From Thermoplasmata archaeon (GTDB lineage: Archaea > Thermoplasmatota > Thermoplasmata > Lutacidiplasmatales > UBA184), in the NCBI GenBank assembly GCA_035945215.1, contig DASZAJ010000002.1, forward strand, positions 133,057 to 197,056: 64,000 nucleotides of DNA, in the 5' to 3' direction. Made by a program: the position numbers and the translations under genes. Shown piece after piece: positions 46,936-55,957 of this stretch. Within the stretch, counting starts at the first letter, position 1; every line of letters starts with the position of its first letter. The notes under the pieces were generated by a model that was not told the origin of the DNA, made no database searches, and saw only the letters and a list, made by a program, of their open reading frames with translations.

Positions 46936-47952
46936 TTAAGTCGAGCCGTGGGCGCGGGGCCCCGTCGCGCTCTCCGCGACACGCGCCCCGAGAGATTCGG
47001 TGGTCGGCGGGGACGGGGAGAGCGATCGCCAGTGATCGAGAATGTCCTTCAAGGTCTGGCGGAACTCGATCCTTGGGGTGAAGCCGAGCTCGCGCAGCTT
47101 GGAAACGTCCCCGAGATGGACCGGTTCGTCCACGGGGCGGACCAGCATTTCATCCCGGACGACGCGCAACGGGCGGGCGGCCATGCCGATCAGGTCCTCG
47201 AGGATGCCGCGCACCTCCCGCGGCTTTCCGCCCCCGATATTGTACGCCTCGCCGGGCGTCCCGCGCTCCACCACGAGGAGCATCGCGCGGACGGCGTCCC
47301 GGACGTCGCAGATGTCCCGCTTCTTGTCGAGGTTGCCCACGCGGATCTCCGGCAGGCCCTCGCCGTGCTCGGCCCGCGCGATCTGGCGGGCGAAATCGTT
47401 GCAGGCGTCGCCGGTCTTGCCCGCGCCCGTGGTCCCGAAGATGCGGTATCGAAAGACCGGGAGCCCGGTCCCGAGAAAGTACTGGAGGCAGAGAAGGTCC
47501 GCGGCCGTCTTGCTGGAAGCGTACGGGGTGCCCGGGGAGAGGGCGGCGGTTTCGGGGGTGGGGACCAGGTCGGGCCGACCATACTCGGTCCCGCTGCCGG
47601 CGAAAGCGAGCGCGGCCCGCGGGGCCACTTGGCGGAGCGCCTCCAAAAGGTGGAGCGTGCCGAGGACGTTGACCTGGTAGGTGTGGGCCGGATCGGCCCA
47701 GGATTGGTCGATGTACGACTGGCCGGCGAAATGGAACACCACATCGGGGCGGACCTCTTCGACCAAGCCCGCGACCGCCGCCCGATCGGTGACATCGACG
47801 GTCCGCCGGCGGAACTCCCGACACCCCGACCATGACGGGCGACCCTCCGGCCGACGGTCAGCCGAGGTGACCTCGACGCCCTGCCCGACCAGCAGGTCGG
47901 CCATGTACGAGCCGAGGAAGCCGGCCCCTCCCGTTACGAGCGCCCTCTCCAA
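46936..47952 (-). CDS. NAD(P)-dependent sugar epimerase/reductase (Rmd/Gmd-like SDR)
   Basis: ALVTGGAGFLGS, HFAGQS, NVLGT, PYASSK (YxxxK), VGNL...RD..DVRD. Confidence 0.88.
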   Translation of the reverse strand: MERALVTGGAGFLGSYMADLLVGQGVEVTSADRRPEGRPSWSGCREFRRRTVDVTDRAAVAGLVEEVRPDVVFHFAGQSYIDQSWADPAHTYQVNVLGTLHLLEALRQVAPRAALAFAGSGTEYGRPDLVPTPETAALSPGTPYASSKTAADLLCLQYFLGTGLPVFRYRIFGTTGAGKTGDACNDFARQIARAEHGEGLPEIRVGNLDKKRDICDVRDAVRAMLLVVERGTPGEAYNIGGGKPREVRGILEDLIGMAARPLRVVRDEMLVRPVDEPVHLGDVSKLRELGFTPRIEFRQTLKDILDHWRSLSPSPPTTESLGARVAESATGPRAHGST

Positions 47953-48171
47953 ACCGTTGGTCCCTCCCCTATCTTCCGTGCGAGCTCGGATACTATCCGT
48001 CCAACCCGTGTATAAAGCCTGCCTTCGTTGACGTGTTACATCGACTCAGACGAGGCCGGGCCGATGTCGCAAGACCGCTCCGCGTCCAAGTTGACGAGAA
48101 CGCCGTACGCGGGCCGGTCCGGGATCGAACTTCGGGACCACCCTCACCAAGTAGCTTCGATCTTCGCGCCG

Positions 48172-49206
48172 CTAGGAGTAGACGAGGTTCATCGGGCCGT
48201 TGAACGGATTCCCGGGCAGGGCGATCGTCAGGTTGAGGGTCCCGTTGTGCGCGCCGGCCACGATCACTGGGGTTTGGACATTCGACAGGGAGAACCCGCT
48301 AGAGTTCGTGGTGACCGCATGGAGCGTGCAGGGGGTCGAGTTGAAATTCGGCAGCTGGAGCGCGAACGCGTCGACGCCGCCGGGCGTGTCATCGAATCCG
48401 GCGTAGGAGACGGGCGTCTTTCCGAGCCCGCAGACGTTGTCGGGGGCCCATACGTCGATCTCGCTGACGTGGACCTTGGGCGGGGGCGACGTGAACACGA
48501 AGATGGCGAGCACCACGATAATGACGACGATCACCGCGACCCCCGCGTAGAGAACCCTCGGACGGATGTGGTGGGAATGCGCTGAGGTGGCTCCGGCCGG
48601 AGCCGTATCCTCCGCCGCGGCCTGGCGGGGATTCGCCTGGATGGCGTCCTCGGCCCGGCGCGCGCCGTGTCGGAAGGCGACGAAAGTGATCAGGAAGGCG
48701 ATCCCGACCGCGATCGCAGCGATCGCGTAGACATTGACGCGTTCCCGGTCGTTGGTCACCATCCCCGCGGCGTCGTGGAATCCCTCGGCGTAGATGCTGA
48801 TGTCCCAGATCTCCGAAAAGACGTTCCAGGCGGCGATGGCGATCGACCCGAAGTTCCGTTCCCGGTAGGCGATGGAGATCGACTGCGCCGTGACGACCAG
48901 GCCGAAGCCGATGATCATGGCGCCGAACACCAGGAAATCGAAACTGACGAGGTAGAGGAACTCCCCGATGGCGAGGTCGCCGAGGCGCAGGGCGAAGAAC
49001 GAGATGACGATGATCAGGACGTAGGAGATCCCCGCGAAGGCGAGAGCGACCCCCGCGACGACCGAGGCCTTCTCGAAGCGATGGCCGGAGAGATTGCGGA
49101 CCAGCCCCCAGGTCGAACCCGAGGCGTACGCATTCCAGAGCGAAAAGACGAAGTCGAGTATCAGTATGGCGACGAGGATCAAGTAGGTCAGGTCCGCCAA
49201 CGCGAC
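48172..49206 (-). CDS. Multi-pass membrane protein with C-terminal extracellular beta domain
   Basis: About 6 TM segments, then a Cys-paired beta-rich domain; start uncertain. Confidence 0.65.
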   Translation of the reverse strand, partial: VALADLTYLILVAILILDFVFSLWNAYASGSTWGLVRNLSGHRFEKASVVAGVALAFAGISYVLIIVISFFALRLGDLAIGEFLYLVSFDFLVFGAMIIGFGLVVTAQSISIAYRERNFGSIAIAAWNVFSEIWDISIYAEGFHDAAGMVTNDRERVNVYAIAAIAVGIAFLITFVAFRHGARRAEDAIQANPRQAAAEDTAPAGATSAHSHHIRPRVLYAGVAVIVVIIVVLAIFVFTSPPPKVHVSEIDVWAPDNVCGLGKTPVSYAGFDDTPGGVDAFALQLPNFNSTPCTLHAVTTNSSGFSLSNVQTPVIVAGAHNGTLNLTIALPGNPFNGPMNLVYS

Positions 49207-49405
49207 TCCTCGACCCGGGCAGCGACGGGGTAGGCGCTTTATCAATCTTAGGTCGCCGCGTGCAAGCCCGACCTACGCGGGCCGCGGGGGGCTCCCTTGG
49301 AGGTGAGAACCTCGCGCTCCCGGGCCGGAATGAATGAGGTGCCGCGCTCGGTCGGGCGGAGGGGGGTGAGCTTCATGAGCGGTAGGGGTGTCGCCCTTAG
49401 GCTCC

Positions 49406-49675
49406 ATGATCGCGGTGCACTTCGATAGCTGGCTCCGAGAATTCGGCCCCCAGGGGGATGAGACAGCCCAGGCCGGCACGGTCGCCGAGCTGTTGGACGT
49501 GCTCGAAGAGCGGCATCCGAGGCTTCGCTTCAAGCTCCGCGACGAGACGGGAGCCCTTCGGAAGTACGTGCGCGTCTTCGTCGATGGCAAGGACGTGAGC
49601 GGTTCGACAGGCGTCGAAGCGCCCCTCACGGGCGCCCGAACGGTAGATATCCTCCACTCGATTGCGGGTGGGTGA
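49406..49675 (+). CDS. MoaD/ThiS/SAMP ubiquitin-like protein
   Basis: AGTVAELLD.L...HP, VRVFVDG.DV, C-terminal IAGG. Confidence 0.88.
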   Translation: MIAVHFDSWLREFGPQGDETAQAGTVAELLDVLEERHPRLRFKLRDETGALRKYVRVFVDGKDVSGSTGVEAPLTGARTVDILHSIAGG

Positions 49676-49688
49676 GGTCGGACAGACC

Positions 49689-50825
49689 ATGGCGGCAGAC
49701 AAGAAGGTAAGGATCCTGCTCGGGACCCGCAAGGGCAGCTACATCGTCGAAAGCGATACGAAGCGCAAGTCGTGGAAGGTCGGGCCCGCGAACCACGCCG
49801 GGAGCGATGTCTACCACGTCGTCGCCGATCCCCGCTATCCGGGGACCCTGTACGCCGCCGTGAACAATGATTTCTGGGGACCGATGCTCCATCGGTCCAA
49901 GAACTGGGGGAAGACCTGGGCGGAGATCGCCACCCCCATGACCCCCCTGAAGAAGGACCGAAAGCCGGCGTTCAACGACGCCGACCCGACCACACCGGTC
50001 CCTCGACCGCTCAATCGGCTCTGGCATATCGAGCCGGGGCCGTCGAGCGAGCCGAAAACGGTCTACCTGGGGGCGGACCCTCACCTCCTCTTCCGGTCCC
50101 GCGACCTCGGGACCAGCTGGGATCCGATCGACGCGATCAACGAGCACCCGGCTCGGAAGGGCTGGTCGCCCGGCGCCGGAGGCGCCTGCCTGCATACGAT
50201 CATCGTCGACCCCCGGGACCCGCGGCAGCTCTACATCGGCATGTCCTCCGTCGGAACGTTCCGATCGGACGATGCCGGGGCGAGCTGGATCCCCACCAAT
50301 CGGGGCGTGGAGACCCCCTTCCTGCCGGAGAAGTTCCCGGAGACCGGCCAATGCGTCCATCACGTCGCGCAGGACGCGGCGAACCCCGACACGTTCTACC
50401 GGCAGGACCACGCGGGCGTGTACATCTCCCGAAACCGCATGGACAGCTGGGTCCGTGTCGGGAAACCCCTCGGCGACGATTTCGGGTTCGGAGTGGCCGC
50501 TCCCTCGAGCCGGCCCGGCACCGCCTATTTCGTCCGCCTCGACGGCCAGGCCCGGGTCACCGGGGAGGGCCACCTTCAGGTCTGGGAGTGGAACGAAGGT
50601 TCCAAGCGTTGGCGTAAGCTGCTGGGGCCGAAGGCGTTCCCCGGGCATTTCGGGGTCCAACGCGAGGGGATCGCCGCCGACAGCCTGGACCCTCCCGGCA
50701 TCTACGTGGGCACGACCACGGGACAACTCATCGTCAGTCCGGACTCGGGAAAGTCGTGGCACGAGGTCCCTTTCACGTTCCCCAGCATACATTCCGTCTC
50801 GGTGAGCTCCCCGAGGGCGAAGTAG
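49689..50825 (+). CDS. BNR/Asp-box beta-propeller protein (cytoplasmic, sialidase-like)
   Basis: LLGTRKG, SKNWGKTW, SRDLGTSW, CLHTI..DP, SDDAGASW, GQCVH, SPDSGKSW; no signal peptide. Confidence 0.85.
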   Translation: MAADKKVRILLGTRKGSYIVESDTKRKSWKVGPANHAGSDVYHVVADPRYPGTLYAAVNNDFWGPMLHRSKNWGKTWAEIATPMTPLKKDRKPAFNDADPTTPVPRPLNRLWHIEPGPSSEPKTVYLGADPHLLFRSRDLGTSWDPIDAINEHPARKGWSPGAGGACLHTIIVDPRDPRQLYIGMSSVGTFRSDDAGASWIPTNRGVETPFLPEKFPETGQCVHHVAQDAANPDTFYRQDHAGVYISRNRMDSWVRVGKPLGDDFGFGVAAPSSRPGTAYFVRLDGQARVTGEGHLQVWEWNEGSKRWRKLLGPKAFPGHFGVQREGIAADSLDPPGIYVGTTTGQLIVSPDSGKSWHEVPFTFPSIHSVSVSSPRAK

Positions 50826-50988
50826 TCCGGACGCCTCCGCGTCGGGGGCGACCCGTTCGTCCCTCGCTCGAGGGTTCGATCGCCCTCGGGGACCCCCACC
50901 CTGCGGAGATCGGCGAGGCCCCCGACCCCGTGGGACGAGCGATCGGCTCGTGGAATTCGGCCCGCGGGTCGGGTGAGGCACCCAGGAT

Positions 50989-53900
50989 TCAGCCGGTCCC
51001 GCCCCGACGGTCGCGCCCTCTCGCCCAGAGAAGGAGGCCGAGGGCGGCCGCCGCGAGGGCCGCGCCCCCGGCGAGCCCCAGCTCCTGACCGAAGGTCACC
51101 GCTGGGGCGGGTGAGACCGGTCCCCCGCCCCCGGAGGGCCTCGGCGCCGTGAACGTGATGAGCACCGGAGAGGTCGGCCCGGCCACGGACGCGGTCCCCG
51201 AGCTCGTCGAAGCGACGAGTCCGGCGGGGCCTTGGATCCAGAAGCTGTAGGTTCCGTTCGGCTCGTCAAAGACAAGAGTGCCAGCCGTCGAGCTCTTCGT
51301 TACGCCCCCGACCGTTACCTCCCACGAGGCCCCGGCGGTGAGGCCCGCCGCCTCGAAGGTCAGGCCGTAGGTGACCGAGGCGAAGTCGATGCCCACGCCC
51401 GTCCCGGCCCCCGCCACCACAACGGCGCCTTGCCAGCCGGTGGTGAACCCCGGGATCGGTCGGACCGACCAGGCATGGGTCCCGTTGGGCTCCGTGAAGT
51501 CGATCGCGGTGTGCGTACTGCTGAGGGCGGCGCCGTCGACCGAGACGGTCCAGAGCGACCCATTCGGCAAACCCTTCTCGTTGAACGCCACGGCGTAGTT
51601 GGTCTGGAAGAAGGCTAGGCGGATCGTGACGTTCGCGCCGTCGACCGTCAGGCTCCCCGAACCCTGCCCCTGGTAGCCGACCACCCCGCCCACCGACCAG
51701 GAATAGCTACCGTTCGGCACCTCGAATCCGATCGTCGAGGTCGTCGACCGGTTCTGGTTCGACTGAAGGCTGGCGGCCCAGGTGGTCCCGGCCCGTAGGC
51801 CGGTCTCGACGAAGGCCACCCGGTAGACGGCCGTCGTGAAGAGGACCGATACGCTCGCCGGGGAACCCCGGATCGAGACGGTCCCGGAGGTGACGTTGGG
51901 GTACGCTCCTCCGGCGGGTTGCACGCTGAAGGTGTACGTCCCATTGCTCTCCCGGAACCCGATCGTCGTTAGGGTCGAAGAATTCTGAGTCCCCCCGGTC
52001 ACGTTACGCACGGTGACCAGCCAGAGGGTCCCCGGAGGCAGGCCGGTTTCCGAGAAGGTTACGGGGAAGCGCTCGGGGGGGGGAGACGTCACGGTCACAT
52101 TCACGCACTGCGTCAGGCTGGAGCCGTTGAACCGGGCCTGCGCGCACAGCAGACCGCTTTCATCGACATCGCCGGCCTTCAGGGAGATCGGGCTCCCGGT
52201 TCCCGAACTCAACGCGCCGAGCGAGCTGGGGGAGAGCTGCCAGAGTACGGTCGCGTTCGGCAGAACGTTGCCGGCTTGGGCTCGCACGACGGCGTTGAAC
52301 GTCTGGGTTCCGTGGGGTGGAAGCACTATCGAACCCGGCGAAATGGTCAAACTGCCGATCCGTCCGGCACTCGGAACGACATGGACAGCGGAGCAACCGG
52401 TGCGGGTCAGCGTGCCGATCACCACGTTCAGGCAGAGGGTGGTGTTCGCCCAACGCTCCGCACCGATCGTAAGGGTCACGAGAAGGCCGAAGCTCGTATT
52501 CAACGACCCGACCGAGGCATTGGCCAGCGACCACGTATAGCCCACGACGGGGACGGTGGTGGCATTCGCGGGGGTGGCCGACCCTCGAAAGGCGATCTGC
52601 TCGTCCGCTGAGGTTTTCTCAGTCGTGGGGGTAGTGTTCAATCCAGCGATCGAGGGCAACCCGGGAGAATTGAGGACCGACACTGATCCCGCGCTCGGGT
52701 CGAGGACCATCAGGGTTCCGTTGGCCGCGGCCACCACATCCCCCGGATGGACGGCCACGGTAGCGTCCCCCGCCTGCCGCCCCGTCCAGCTCGACACGTA
52801 CGACAGGCTACCGTTCCCCGGCTCGGTGGTCACGATGGCCTGGTTTGCGGGATCGTAGCTGACCCCGGAAGGGTCCGCGCCGAGGGGCGTGGAGCCCGGG
52901 CTCCGATAGGTCGACCCGTCCAGGATGGTGAGATTCGCCGAACCGGAGTTGCTCACATAGAGAAGGTCGTTCGCCGGATCGTACGCCACGTCGGTAGGCA
53001 GGTCGCCTACGGGAAGGGTTCCCACCAGTACCCCGGAACCCGGAAACACGATGGCGACCGCCCGAGCTCCCTCGAGCGCCACGAGCAGATCACCGGTCGT
53101 CGGGTCGAAGGCCATGCCCTCGGGCCGGGGTCCCACGTTGATGATTTGAACGATCTGATCCGAGGATTCGTTCACCACGGCCACCGACGACGCGCGGGGC
53201 AGCGCGACGAACAGCTCACCCATCGAGGGGTCCACCCACAACGGGCCCGAGACGGCGGGCAGGGACGTGTTCCCCAGCGGAGCCAGCGTGGACAGATTGT
53301 ACTTCGAAAGGCCCCCGGCGTTCGCGACCCAAGCGAAGCCCCGTCCCGGGTCGATCCCCACGGAGATCGGGCGGGTCCCAGCAGGCACGGAAGCGAGGAT
53401 CGAGGTGGCGGACGGGGCCAGCTTGTCGAGACGATCGCGCGATGCGTCCGTCACGAGAAGGTCGCCGGACGCGGGGACGATCGCGGCGTCGGAGGGAGCG
53501 TGCCCGACAGGGAGTCGATCGGTCACGATCGAGGACGGCAGCTGGAATTCGGTGAGGTTCAATCCCGCGGTGCTGGAGCTGTCAGAATCGGAGGTGAAGA
53601 GTTCCTGGTTGAAGGGGTCGAGGGCGATCCCGAGGTTCCCGAAGGTCAACGACAAGGAGCCCCCGGGGACGCTCGTGAGGTTCTCGAGGATCGTATTGGA
53701 CGTCGTGTTGATGACGACGACCTTCGTCAGATAATTGCACAGCACGAGCACGTGGTTCGAGGTCGCGTCATACATCGCCTCCAACGGCGCGCCACAGGTG
53801 CGGATCGTAGCGAGGTGGTTCCCGTTCGCGCCGTCCAGAACGGAGATGTTCCCGGACCTGCTATTCGGCACATAGATCTCCCCGTTGGCGGGATCGTAGG

Positions 53901-55680
53901 CGGGGACGCCCGGGGTCGACCCGACGTTGATGTTCGCCACGACGCTGTTCGACACGGTATTGATCACCGTGACCCGGGCGGCGTTCATCTCACTGACGAA
54001 CAAGCGGTTGGTGGCCGGATCGAACGCCTCGAACCCCGTGGACCACTCGGCGGTAAGGATCCCGATGATCCCGATGGTGGTCGATAGGGTGAACCCGGTC
54101 GACGTGGAGTTCAGGACGTAGACATCGTTGGTGATATCGTCGCTGACGTAGGCATTGTGATTGTTGGGGTCGTAGGCCGCCCCCATGGGCCAAGTGTACG
54201 ATCCGGTCGAGACATTCCCCACGTCGGTGTTGGTGGTGGCGTTGATGATGGTGACCTGAGCGTCGTCCTGCCCTGGGACGATGATCAGGTTGGCTTTCGG
54301 GTCAAGGGCGATGCCGGTCGGCGTGCCGCCGGTCTTCAGGACCTTGTCGACGTGATTTCCGGTCGGGTTCAGGACCGCGACCTCGGCCCGGTCCCATATC
54401 GCGGCGTAGAGTCGGGCGTTCGCGGGGTCGAAGGTGAGCCACCCCGCCCCCCAGTAGAACTCCCCGCCCCCGAACCGGTCCAGCATCCGCAACGGCGAAA
54501 GCTGCACCAGGTCGACCACGTCCGCCGAGGTATCGGCGACGAAGGTCTGCGCGTTCGTCCCCGTGGCCAGGAAAGCCGTGGCTCCCGGGGGGGCGGCGAG
54601 CGGTGCCCCGATCGCCATCGTCGTCGCATTGACCATCACGAACGCGCCGGCATCCCGTTCCAGGACCACCACCGACGCGATGCTGGGATCGTACTGCACC
54701 TCCGTGGGGGAGTTCCCGAGCGCGATCGCGACCGGCCGAGCTGGGGTGGTCGAGCCCGCGGCGAGCGCGATCTCGCTCAGGTTCGCCGAACCGAGGTTCG
54801 CTACCAGGGCCGCACCGACGGCCGGATCCCAAGTGACCGAGGCCGGCTGGCTGCCCACATTGATCACTGAGAAGATCCGATAGGTCGTCGCATTGATCAG
54901 GTCGACCACATGGCTCCCGGCGCACGTCACCCAGACGGTGGAGCCTTCCACCATGATGTCCGACGCCCCGGATGCGACAGGGATGGTCCGGAGAAGTTTC
55001 CCCGTGGCGCTCGCGAGGACGGACAGGTTGGAGGACCCTGAATTCGCCACCCAAAGTGCCGCCCGGCTCGGATCGTAAACGATCGCGGCAGGTCGGCTCC
55101 CCACCGTAAAGTTCCGGGAGATCCCGGAGGAAAGATTCACGAAGGTCACCGACCCGGAGCCCTGGTTGGCCACGAACGCCTGTTCTGAGACCGGGTCCGT
55201 CGCCACGGCGCTAGGCGATCGACCGACCGAGTAGTTGGCGATCGGCGATCCGTTACGGAAGACCGAAATCGAGGATGAGTTAGCGTCCGCGACGACGAGA
55301 AGCCGGTGCACCGGATCAAACGCCAGCGCCGCGGGCGCCGATGGGTTTCTTGCATGGAAGTCCCCACGAAGGCTGGAGCCATTGGCGAGCACGAGCGTGT
55401 GCGAGACCTGGCCGGTCGGCGCGGCGGAGGGGGGACCGCTCCCAAGGGGAGTTGCGATGGCGGCCGTGGGACGGTACGGAGCCTGAGCCATCCACCCGAC
55501 GGAAAATGGCGAATCCGGCGATCCGGTCCGGACTGGGAAGCCGCCCGACGACCCCGGCGGACTCGCCCTGGACGAAACGTGGCTGATCGGAATCCAGACG
55601 AGCAGAATCAAGACGGCGAGAGCCATCCATCCGACCGACGACCACCGACGCGGGTCGAAGGAGGGTCGGCCGCCCCTCAT
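50989..55680 (-). CDS. Very large YVTN/YncE beta-propeller surface protein with Ig-like and thermopsin-type repeats
   Basis: Numerous VG..P..VAYDP....YV.N.GS..L units; four F.E.GL..G..W repeats; C-terminal TM. Confidence 0.88.
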   Translation of the reverse strand: MRGGRPSFDPRRWSSVGWMALAVLILLVWIPISHVSSRASPPGSSGGFPVRTGSPDSPFSVGWMAQAPYRPTAAIATPLGSGPPSAAPTGQVSHTLVLANGSSLRGDFHARNPSAPAALAFDPVHRLLVVADANSSSISVFRNGSPIANYSVGRSPSAVATDPVSEQAFVANQGSGSVTFVNLSSGISRNFTVGSRPAAIVYDPSRAALWVANSGSSNLSVLASATGKLLRTIPVASGASDIMVEGSTVWVTCAGSHVVDLINATTYRIFSVINVGSQPASVTWDPAVGAALVANLGSANLSEIALAAGSTTPARPVAIALGNSPTEVQYDPSIASVVVLERDAGAFVMVNATTMAIGAPLAAPPGATAFLATGTNAQTFVADTSADVVDLVQLSPLRMLDRFGGGEFYWGAGWLTFDPANARLYAAIWDRAEVAVLNPTGNHVDKVLKTGGTPTGIALDPKANLIIVPGQDDAQVTIINATTNTDVGNVSTGSYTWPMGAAYDPNNHNAYVSDDITNDVYVLNSTSTGFTLSTTIGIIGILTAEWSTGFEAFDPATNRLFVSEMNAARVTVINTVSNSVVANINVGSTPGVPAYDPANGEIYVPNSRSGNISVLDGANGNHLATIRTCGAPLEAMYDATSNHVLVLCNYLTKVVVINTTSNTILENLTSVPGGSLSLTFGNLGIALDPFNQELFTSDSDSSSTAGLNLTEFQLPSSIVTDRLPVGHAPSDAAIVPASGDLLVTDASRDRLDKLAPSATSILASVPAGTRPISVGIDPGRGFAWVANAGGLSKYNLSTLAPLGNTSLPAVSGPLWVDPSMGELFVALPRASSVAVVNESSDQIVQIINVGPRPEGMAFDPTTGDLLVALEGARAVAIVFPGSGVLVGTLPVGDLPTDVAYDPANDLLYVSNSGSANLTILDGSTYRSPGSTPLGADPSGVSYDPANQAIVTTEPGNGSLSYVSSWTGRQAGDATVAVHPGDVVAAANGTLMVLDPSAGSVSVLNSPGLPSIAGLNTTPTTEKTSADEQIAFRGSATPANATTVPVVGYTWSLANASVGSLNTSFGLLVTLTIGAERWANTTLCLNVVIGTLTRTGCSAVHVVPSAGRIGSLTISPGSIVLPPHGTQTFNAVVRAQAGNVLPNATVLWQLSPSSLGALSSGTGSPISLKAGDVDESGLLCAQARFNGSSLTQCVNVTVTSPPPERFPVTFSETGLPPGTLWLVTVRNVTGGTQNSSTLTTIGFRESNGTYTFSVQPAGGAYPNVTSGTVSIRGSPASVSVLFTTAVYRVAFVETGLRAGTTWAASLQSNQNRSTTSTIGFEVPNGSYSWSVGGVVGYQGQGSGSLTVDGANVTIRLAFFQTNYAVAFNEKGLPNGSLWTVSVDGAALSSTHTAIDFTEPNGTHAWSVRPIPGFTTGWQGAVVVAGAGTGVGIDFASVTYGLTFEAAGLTAGASWEVTVGGVTKSSTAGTLVFDEPNGTYSFWIQGPAGLVASTSSGTASVAGPTSPVLITFTAPRPSGGGGPVSPAPAVTFGQELGLAGGAALAAAALGLLLWARGRDRRGGTG

Positions 55681-55957
55681 AGTGGAATGCGCACCCACGA
55701 TGACTATTCAGCTTTCCCAACCTTCGGGGGGGGGGCGATATCAAGGGGGCCGCCCGGACCGTGAACGTTTCTCGAGAGTATCTCGAGGGACCCGGTCGTG
55801 GATGACCGCCCGCCGGCGCCGAGATCGTGACACTCTATCAGCCGTCACCTGACTTCGAGCCGAGGGCCTTCGGAACGGATTGAAAGGGGATTTTTCACGA
55901 TTTCCGGCATCGTCATATAATCCGCCGCGCTGGACCGTCGACTTCTGCGATCCTTAC

